A stretch of 63,490 nt of DNA, the filler included, from Octopus bimaculoides (taxonomy: Eukaryota): NCBI RefSeq assembly GCF_001194135.2. It is 7 parts of 4 records of this genome, joined end to end, with 100 filler letters (N's around TTAATTAATTAA, not from the genome) between each part and the next. Parts side by side here need not be neighbours in the genome. Positions count along the whole stretch, not along the records: positions 30,141 to 56,025 come from NC_068982.1; positions 56,126 to 57,132 come from NC_068982.1; positions 57,233 to 58,442 come from NW_026300723.1; positions 58,543 to 61,926 come from NC_068982.1; positions 62,027 to 63,490 come from NW_026315329.1; 2 more parts are not named here. One strand, written 5' to 3'. Under the pieces are notes generated by a model. That model saw only the letters and a program-made list of their open reading frames with translations. It did not search any database and was not told the origin of the DNA. A program made the position numbers and the translations under genes. Shown here one piece after another: positions 55,153 through 63,490 of the stretch (position 1 is the first letter of the stretch; every line of letters starts with the position of its first letter).

Positions 55153-55784
55153 CCCTTCTATTTTATAATTATTATAAATCTTCCACTGAGGAGGGAGACG
55201 GTTTCCAACAAAGATACAAGGCTCCATCACATTTGGAACTTGAGAAAAGTCTTGCATATTTGTACTGTTCCACTCACAGATTGTAATGTACGAATTAGCC
55301 GGTCAATTTCTCTTTCTGAAAATCCCTGTGTATCCAGATTCTCCTTTAAGTACTTACTAACAAAACCTAGTGCTCCAATTATTATTGGTATGAATATGAA
55401 TTCATAGTCTAGGTATAGAAGCTGGAGGTTTCGAAGCAGTTGTCCATAAATATCCTCTTTTTCTTTGATTTTCAAAGAGATATCTATGTCTGCAGGGCAG
55501 CTGACCTCTATGATGGTATATACCTTTTCCCTTCTGTCCCAAACAACAACATCCGACATGTTACGTTTAAGTTTGACAGAAATTTTCTTGGACAGTCTTT
55601 TTTGCGGATAGCATTGTAAATTGTTTTGGCAACAACATCGTGCCGCATAGGAAGGTAGTACCGTGACGTCATTTTAGGACAGGTGTTAATCACATGCGTA
55701 ACGTCATCCACAGAAACATGACAGCCTACACATACCGTTGCACCTTGGGATTACGAGAGCGTCATTGTCTCTCTTGTTCACCAG
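55153..55784 (-). mobile_element. RLE-type (R4/Dong-like) LINE 3' fragment, family A
   Basis: DDVTHVINTCPKMTSRYYLPMRHDVV (CCHC knuckle), then (P)DVVVWD..IIEVSCP (PD-(D/E)xK) and IPIIIGALG...SGTVQICKTFLKFQM*. Flanked by (CATA)n on both sides. Confidence 0.85.
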
Positions 55785-55964
55785 GTATGTATGTATGTAT
55801 GTATGTATGTATGTATGCATGTGACTATGTGTATGTGTGTGTGTTTGCATGTGTATACGTGCATGTATGCGTATATATATCCCACTACCACCGCTTGTCA
55901 ACCGATGTTACTTTATTTATCCCGTACCTTACCGGTTCGGCAAAAGGAACCAATAGAATAAGCG

Positions 55965-56025
<61 letters not shown>

Positions 56026-56247
56026 NNNNNNNNNNNNNNNNNNNNNNNNNNNNNNNNNNNNNNNNNNNNTTAATTAATTAANNNNNNNNNNNNNNNNNNN
56101 NNNNNNNNNNNNNNNNNNNNNNNNNCCCCCAAGAAAAGCTCTACTTTGTAATTTGTCCATTTTCTGTATTTAGCCCTGTGTGGCTATAATAAAAAGATAT
56201 CTATCTATCTGTCTGTCTGTCTGTCTATCTGTCTGCCTGTCTTTCTA

Positions 56248-56303
<56 letters not shown>

Positions 56304-56304
56304 A

Positions 56305-56345
<41 letters not shown>

Positions 56346-56357
56346 CATCTATCGTTA

Positions 56358-56388
<31 letters not shown>

Positions 56389-56631
56389 TCAACTACATAT
56401 ATCCCGATCTCTTTCTCTCGCCTTCCAACATCCTTTATGTCTGTCTATTACATAAAAGGACATATCCGGAGAATCAGAGACTAAAAGAATGATAGGAAGA
56501 CATAGAGGAAGAAGGAAATGGATAGTGTTACGAAATGCATGACGTCATTGAAGCGGCGGTATAGCGCCAGTTGTTGCAGCGTTCATATGAAACTTGTAGA
56601 ATGAAGGCTGAGAGAGAGAGAGAGATACAGA

Positions 56632-56684
<53 letters not shown>

Positions 56685-57086
56685 GGGAGAAATATTAAAG
56701 CGGATTACACTTGAATTAAAGGGTAGAAGACGAGATTGTAGAAAAGGGCAGAAACTTCAAAGTTACGCTTGATACGTACACTCACCCACATAGACAGAAA
56801 GATAGATAGATACGTACCTACATACATACATAAATATATATATATATATACACATACACACACGCACACACACATATATATATATATGCACACACATTCG
56901 GACTCAGACACATTTATAAATGAGCATGTAAGTGTGTATGCATTTATATGTGGATGTGTGTGTGTGTACACATGAGTGAGCACGTTTGTGTATGTGTGTG
57001 TGTTGTCGAGTGCTTGAATAAATAAAACCTGTTGGACTTTAATTGTGTGTTTGTGTACACACACAGAGACATATATATATATATAC

Positions 57087-57132
<46 letters not shown>

Positions 57133-57232
57133 NNNNNNNNNNNNNNNNNNNNNNNNNNNNNNNNNNNNNNNNNNNNTTAATTAATTAANNNNNNNNNNNN
57201 NNNNNNNNNNNNNNNNNNNNNNNNNNNNNNNN

Positions 57233-57380
57233 CAGGCGGAGGCGTGGCTGCATCGTAAGAAGCTTGCTTCCCACCGAGTTCAGTCCCACTGTGTGACACT
57301 TTGGGCAAATGTTTTCAGGTCGACCATAGACTTGTAAGTGGATTTGATACACGGAAACTGAAACAAGCCCGTCGTGTGTA
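57233..57380 (+). mobile_element. SINE family A 5' half
   Basis: Head plus ttgggcaa...acggaaactgaaacaagcccgtcgt. Confidence 0.75.
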
Positions 57381-57418
57381 TATATATATATATCTATATA
57401 TATACATACACACACACA

Positions 57419-58442
57419 CAGGGTGGGCCAGAATTCATGGCTCACTTGTTAGTTATATTTATTAATATGTTTATAAGCACACAAATGTTGAAAGTTAATG
57501 GATGCACTGTTTAGTTAAATCCGTTTTCCATAATCAACTGGGCCTCCTTCTATTGCAACACAGGCTTGTAACCGTATTGAAACATTTTGACAAGCTTTAC
57601 GACACATGTCTACCGGCATTGTTCCACATTCTTCGATAATAACTTGTTTAAGATGTTCAAGGCTGTTAATTTTCTGACGATAGACACGATCTTTTAGATA
57701 ACCCCACAAAAATAGTCTGGTGGTGCTAAATCAGGTGAGCGAGCCGGTTACTCAACAGGCCCTCGCCCCCCGATGCAATGATCGGCGAAAATTTCGTTCA
57801 GCTAATCGGGGACAGCCAGTGAATAACGTGGGGGAGCATCACCCTGCTGCCACTATAATTCTTCAAAGTATTCTTGTTCCTTTAACTTAGGGAGAACTTG
57901 GTTTTGTAAAAGTTTCAGATATGTGACCCTATTTATGTCACTTAGATGAAGAATGGCCCCCACGAGTCGGTTGTAACTCATAATGCCCACACCATTATGT
58001 CAGGTCTCTTGTGTTCATACACAATCGTGTTTTGAGGATTTTCTTGTCCCCAGTACACACAGTTATGCCGAACAACACTCGCTGAAACATACAATTTTGA
58101 CTCATCACTTCAGATAACATGCTCTTCCAATGTTGGACCATCATTCAACTTGTCCAGCCATTCTTCTGCCAACTGCAAGTGACGATCTGGATCATCTTCC
58201 ATTAACCCATGAATCAAAGGTGAGATATAAGGATATAGTTTCATACCATGGAGCAAGCGTCTTAAGGAAGTCCTGGAAATGTTCAGAAGATCTGATAAAC
58301 GTCTTGATGACTTGGATTTTTGTGGAGAATTGTCTAACTCAGTTCTCAAGCTTTCGCCATTGTCATTTGTTCGAATAGCTCTCGGTCATCCTGGTCTTTT
58401 TAGGTCCACAAATAACTTATTAATCATAGCAACAGTCTTTCT
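57419..58442 (-). mobile_element. IS630-Tc1-mariner element, DD41D-like, degenerate
   Basis: SDESK..RHNCVYW, QQGDAPPRY...(W)PARSPDLAPPDYF(L)WGYLKDRVY. Hand reconstruction assuming one frameshift gives 41 residues between the 2nd and 3rd D. Terminal cagggtgggccagaattc at 57419. Confidence 0.8.
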
Positions 58443-58542
58443 NNNNNNNNNNNNNNNNNNNNNNNNNNNNNNNNNNNNNNNNNNNNTTAATTAATTAANN
58501 NNNNNNNNNNNNNNNNNNNNNNNNNNNNNNNNNNNNNNNNNN

Positions 58543-58885
58543 ACAGCGAAACGGGCTGATTACTACCTAGCTCAGATACCAGGAAACCCAAAAATGGCTG
58601 AAGTTCAAAAGATAGTGCTCATGGGAACTGCCCATATCCTACGTAAAATACTGTCTATGTGATCTCAAATTTTAAAGCAAACACATAATTTTCTTATGGT
58701 TTCTTAAACATTCACTTGAACAAAACTGTACAAATCCAAATATATGGTACCCTAGGCATAACACCTACATGAACTTCTAACTCGTTGTCTCTTGAGGTCT
58801 CTGGGTGAGACTTGGATCCAACTTGTACAAATGCAAAACAAAAGTCAAACATAAAATAATAATAATAATAATAATAATAAATAAT
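58543..58885 (+). mobile_element. RLE-type LINE extreme 3' end, family B, with (AAT)n tail
   Basis: AKRADYYLAQIPGNPKMAEVQKIVLMGTAHILRKIL* (R4/Dong/NeSL-type C-terminus), 3'UTR, and (AAT)n at 58855-58885. Confidence 0.75.
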
Positions 58886-58890
58886 GTTCT

Positions 58891-58896
58891 ACTCAC
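58891..58896 (-). promoter_or_regulatory. 5' splice donor of intron 1
   Basis: GTGAGT directly after the exon; the frame hits TAG immediately if unspliced. Confidence 0.8.
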
Positions 58897-59045
58897 TCTT
58901 CCCCAGTGACCAAATCATTTCCACTCGGTGCATAATCCCAGATAACTTCTTCAGCTGCGATATAATAGTTAACAGTCTCTGTCTTCACTTGGGAAACTAT
59001 CCCTAGCATACAGAGAAAGAAACTCGTCCACAAAGAGTGAGACAT
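58897..59045 (-). CDS. First coding exon of a ceruloplasmin/hephaestin-like multicopper oxidase (signal peptide plus start of cupredoxin domain 1)
   Basis: Translates as MSHSLWTSFFLCMLGIVSQVKTETVNYYIAAEEVIWDYAPSGNDLVTGE (49 codons + 2 nt). A hydrophobic signal-like segment is followed by YYIAAEEVIWDYAP, the N-terminal strand motif of the CP/HEPH/F5/F8 family. The ATG context is GAAAAC-ATG and the exon ends at GA|GTGAGT (phase 2). One exon cannot separate the family members. Confidence 0.85.
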
Positions 59046-59076
59046 GTTTTCGCTATAGTTGTGAAAGAAACTCAGC

Positions 59077-59110
59077 TGAAGTGATCGTGATAGCAACAAC
59101 TTATTTATAA
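59077..59110 (-). promoter_or_regulatory. Putative core promoter (TATA box + initiator) of the multicopper oxidase gene
   Basis: TATAAATA at 59109-59102 on the minus strand. Inr-like TCACTTC (YYANWYY) has its A at 59082, 27 nt downstream of the TATA start and about 37 nt upstream of the ATG. Confidence 0.55.
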
Positions 59111-59511
59111 TCTTAAGGGAATTCCTTTTTTTAATTTTATTTGTTTAATATTTTTTCTTTCCCGCCCAACCTATGAGAACGTTACTAAATTGACGTGACC
59201 TGCTCGCTCCACCCTATCATACACTTTGCTAACTCCGCCTCCTTTACAACAGTACACTAAATCCTCTGTTATCCAAATAATAGATATACTTATTTTTAAT
59301 CCGATAGAAGAATTTTTTGAAACCTTCTCCTTAAATAGCTCTCTTCTCCACAATCTCACCCAGCTATTCTTGCTCAGTTAAACGAACCCTCCCCCTTATT
59401 TCCCCTTCACACATAACCCCCACCACCAGCACCACCACATACACACACACGTTAGTGATATGAAATTTCACTACCCTGAGGAAATCAGGCAAATAAGAAA
59501 GCAGTGGAAAA

Positions 59512-59871
59512 AGGAGTGACTATGTGGTAAGTAGCTTGCTTACCAACCACATGATTCCGAGTTCAGTCTCACTGCGTGGCACCTTGGGCAAGTGTCTTCT
59601 ACTATAGCCTCGGGCTGACCAAAGCCTTGTGAGAAGATTTGGTAGACGGAAACTGAAAGAAGCCCGTCATATATATGTATATGTATATATGTGTGTGTGT
59701 GTGTTTGTGTCTGTGTCTGTCACCACAACATCGCTTGACAACAGATGCTGGTGTGTTTACGTCCCCGTAACTTAGCGGTTCGGCAAAAAAGACCGATAGA
59801 ATAAGTACTAGGCTTACAAAGAATAAGTCCTGGGGTCGATTTGCTCGACTAAAGGCGGTGCTCCAGCATGG
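59512..59871 (+). mobile_element. SINE family A
   Basis: Same head and body as 23729-24092; truncated at ccagcatgg. Confidence 0.9.
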
Positions 59872-60225
59872 AAAACTCTGAAGGAGACCAAACTCACCGT
59901 TAAGATCGTTTGAAAAGCCAGGGAGCTCCATCAGATCACAGTTATGTAGGACGTACCTCTTTGAGAATACCACATGCACCAGTGAGAACTGCATGGGAAG
60001 TAAGATTAACCTTGGCATTGACTGTAGAATTAGAAATATAGTCAACAGCATAAGGTGCATAGAGAATGCTTGCAGAGACAAGAACATGACATACATTGGT
60101 GCAACATCTAGAAGCATTGCGGAGAGATTAAATAAACATTTGAGACAATATTACGACAAAAAACAGTCCTCCATACTCTATCAACATGCTAAAGACTAAA
60201 ATGAAGGCACACTGGGTTGACTTGA
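59872..60225 (+). mobile_element. Penelope-like GIY-YIG endonuclease fragment
   Basis: CTSENC...DCRIRNIVNSIRCIENAC...TYIGATSRSIAERLNKH...SSILYQH. Confidence 0.75.
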
Positions 60226-60912
60226 CATTTGCATTTTATTCTGTGGAAGACATCACGCATGTGATTAGCAGCTATCCTAAAATATCGTCACAGTACTACC
60301 TCCCTATGCGGCACGATGTTGTCGCTCAAACAATTTACAATGCCATCCGCAAGAAAAGAGTGTCCTGAAATAAACTTAGAACACTCACTATGGAATACAT
60401 TCATGAACACCAGCTCAAAGAATACTAGTGGAATATTCCCATCAAAACTTCTGTCAAATGTAAACATAACAGACCAGATATTGTTGTTTGGGACAGAGGA
60501 GCAAAGGTATGTATCGTCATAGAGGTCAGCTGCCCTGCAGATATAAATATCACTTTGAAAATTAAAGAAAAGGAGGAGACGTATGGACAACTACTTCGAA
60601 ACCTCCAGCTTCTACATTCGGAATATGAATTCATATTCATACCAATAATAATTGGAACACTAGGCTTTGTTAGTAAATGCTTAAAGGAGAATTTGGATAA
60701 ACTGAGATTTTCAGAAAGAGAAATCGACCGGCTAATTCGCACATTACAAGTGCAATCTGTGAGTGGAACAGTAAAAATATGCAAGACTTTTCTCAAGTTC
60801 CAAATGTGAATTTGCCTGTGTTAACTACCTCCCAAAGACGGAGCCTTGTATCTTTGTTGGAAACAGTTTCCTTCCTCAGTGAAAGATTTATAATAATTAA
60901 AAAATAGAAGAG
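60226..60912 (+). mobile_element. RLE-type LINE 3' fragment, family A
   Basis: VEDITHVISSYPK..YYLPMRHDVV, RPDIVV, IEVSCP, IPIIIGTLG...KICKTFLKFQM*. Same 3'UTR as the 55 kb copy, followed by (ACAT)n. Confidence 0.85.
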
Positions 60913-61805
60913 ACATACATACATACATACATACATACATACATACATACATACATGCATGCATGCATGCCTGCATACATGCATACATACATACAAACAT
61001 ACATGCATACATACATACATACATACATACATGCATGCATACATACATACATACATACATACATATGTGTATACACATGCACACTTACGCATACACATGC
61101 GTACAAACACACAAACACAAAGAACACAGCTCCAATAGCGGACAGAATCAACAACTATTGAAGAGGTTGCAAGAAGCAACGAAAATTTTAGAAAAAAAAA
61201 TGAGTGGAAACTGAACCAGTGAGACTCTCCCTGGACACAACAATATATATATATATATATANNNNNNNNNNACTGCTACTTTAGCGTGCGGTCTACCTTT
61301 CTTTACTCTTTTACAGCGTGCAATCTACCTCCACTATAAGAACTTTTATACTACAGGATGATAAAAACAAATTGAATAATGTTGAATAATGATTTATTAA
61401 TAACTTACACTTAAATCTTAATTAACGATACACACTTTATACTTCATTTATGAATGCCACAAACAAACCTGCTGCATCTTTTCTCAAAACTTTCCAAGAA
61501 AAGTGATTAAGGTGTGACTGGAAAAGCTCATTACTAACGCCTCACATTGTTTTATTGTAAAAATGCAACTGCTGATATATAGCCAAACCACACACTCACT
61601 CACACACATACGCACATAGACGTTCTGTTATTACATACACACACGGACTCGCGCGCACGCACACATACATACATCCCTCTCTTGCACTCTCCTGTCTTAA
61701 AAAGAACTTTTCTCCACCCTTCCCTTCCGGTCATTCCACAATGTAACCTCGTGTATATCGTTGGCGATTTTTTCTTCCTCCGTCTTCGCTTCTTTGGTCT
61801 TTCCT

Positions 61806-61844
61806 ATATTTCCGACGAAGAGCTACGCTCGAAACGTCAAATTC
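61806..61844 (+). ncRNA. Degenerate minimal hammerhead motif (probable second PLE pLTR family)
   Basis: AUUU-CCGACGA-A-GAGC(UAC)GCUC-GAA-ACGU-C-AAAU. U4 of the core is C; the rest is canonical. Confidence 0.5.
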
Positions 61845-62139
61845 TATTTCTTTCCTTTCCTCAGCGTCCAGTAACACAATATCTGTATCACGTCCTCGCG
61901 TTGTTGTTTTTGTTGTTTTTTTTGGGNNNNNNNNNNNNNNNNNNNNNNNNNNNNNNNNNNNNNNNNNNNNTTAATTAATTAANNNNNNNNNNNNNNNNNN
62001 NNNNNNNNNNNNNNNNNNNNNNNNNNTGACATAAACGATAGAATGTTCCTTAACTTTTAACGCAGCAACCTGCGCAAATAATTTGTTTATAGAAATCAAA
62101 TATTTCTGCTGTACATTAGTGCACCACCTATATCACGTC

Positions 62140-62315
62140 GACTCTTACCTGCAGAGGTGGAAGGTGTGCCTCACATCATGTGATTAAGTGATCGCAGAGT
62201 AGGGCGAGATGAAGTGGTTTGCACAAGAACACAACGCACCGCCTGGTCATGGAATCGAAACAACGATCTTGCAATCGCGAGTGTAGCACCCTAACCAGTA
62301 GACCACATGCCTTCA
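62140..62315 (-). mobile_element. tRNA-derived SINE head, another family, degenerate
   Basis: Minus strand gaaggcatgtggtctactggttagg...gtttcgattcc...cttgtgcaaaccacttcatctc. Confidence 0.6.
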
Positions 62316-63490
62316 AATGTTAAGTAGTGTAGCAAATCTAAAAGACTGCTTGCCTTCATTAAATCTATGAACTTGTTCCTCAATTATAAGGTGTCATTAC
62401 TCGAATTTATTACGAAGTTGATATATTCACTGCTGATTACATCGGAACATAATTGTCTTCCAGTTTACATTGACTGCGATTGAACTATAGCCCCCTTTAG
62501 TCAATAGAACTTCATATCTCTCACACAGACAACGCTAACTTTCATACCCTGTAAATCATCATATTAATTAAATTGATTTAGTGGGTGATATCTCCTGTGC
62601 AATTTACAGTATTATATGATATTTATAATCGTATTTAATTAAATTCACGCATAAATATAATTAAATATATTTGTATATGTGTGTGAAGAAATCTTAACTA
62701 ACACTTGTGACTTGAAATATATCTGCAACACAAAAACAGTTAACTAAGTGTTGAAACAGCATTGTTTCTACCTAATTTGTGCTCTATATTCTTAGGTTAA
62801 ACTTCAAGAAAATCCCTTCATTGAACAACCATCTCATTATATATGTTCCTCTTATATTCTCTGATAGTATTATAAATTATCACTGGCTTGCTACGACTTC
62901 ACTGAAGTATTCCATTTAATGCTTGGAAATCTCTCTCATATATCTTTTATATTCACATTCACATTAGTAACAAAAAATTATGGTGTTGGTTACCGGTTTT
63001 GTACATACTAATTTCTCTGATATTAGGAGAGATAAGGAACTCTGTATTACTGGGTAGAAGATATTTATCAGGAAAAAAAACTTCGTGAGAAACGCGTGGG
63101 ATTTCGAGTTTCTACCGCTTGCATATTCATATATGTATATCCTATTATAAATTTGAGTGATGTTTCTCTGTCTGTTTCATTTTTTATGTTCGTTAACTTC
63201 TCCTAGACCGTTGGTGCAAGGACAACGAAATTCAAACCAGCAACTCCCCTAATCCCAGGGAATGTCCTAAAAGGGTCTATTCGGCCTAATTGGAGCGCCA
63301 GTTACCCCTTTAATTTCTATTGCATTCTAAACTAGATACATGGCATTGGCGACCAAATCGGGATGAATGACAATGAATTTCATACCCTGAACTCACAGAG
63401 AGTATCGTAACGAGGTTTAATATCTGAAGGGCCTCTTAAAAGAGACCCCACTATCATCCGCCATTTTTACTGCATTTACCTCTATCCCTA

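Noticed and set aside
59046-59082. Iron-responsive element in the oxidase 5'UTR
   Set aside because: Contains CAGCTG, not a CAGUGN loop on a C-bulged stem.
59046-59099. Upstream extension MLLSRSLQ... in the ORF track
   Set aside because: Starts at a non-ATG codon upstream of the predicted TSS; the ATG at 59045 gives a proper signal peptide.

Overview
Eukaryotic, AT-rich, gap-riddled draft scaffold made mostly of microsatellites and transposable elements. It is most likely an octopus genome; this is inferred from the tRNA-derived SINE families and the repeat density, not proven. Only one host-gene piece is supportable: the first coding exon of a secreted ceruloplasmin/hephaestin-type multicopper oxidase (59045-58897, minus strand). 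It has a signal peptide, the YYIAAEEVIWDYAP motif, a phase-2 GTGAGT donor and a TATA/Inr core promoter; no downstream exon was recognised. TEs include an Hsmar1-like mariner, a Tc1, two DD41D-type elements, Penelope-like elements (PLEs), RTE, CR1-like and RLE-type (R4/Dong-like) LINEs, several SINE families and MITEs. There are two leading observations. (1) A PLE 3' module joins a tRNA-like Pol III promoter, an (AAT)n tract and a minimal hammerhead ribozyme; it also occurs as a short ORF-less element starting at the tRNA-like head, and two unrelated hammerhead-like motifs lie elsewhere. (2) An RLE-type LINE family appears to insert into (ACAT)n microsatellites. Almost all listed ORFs are microsatellite or N-gap artefacts.
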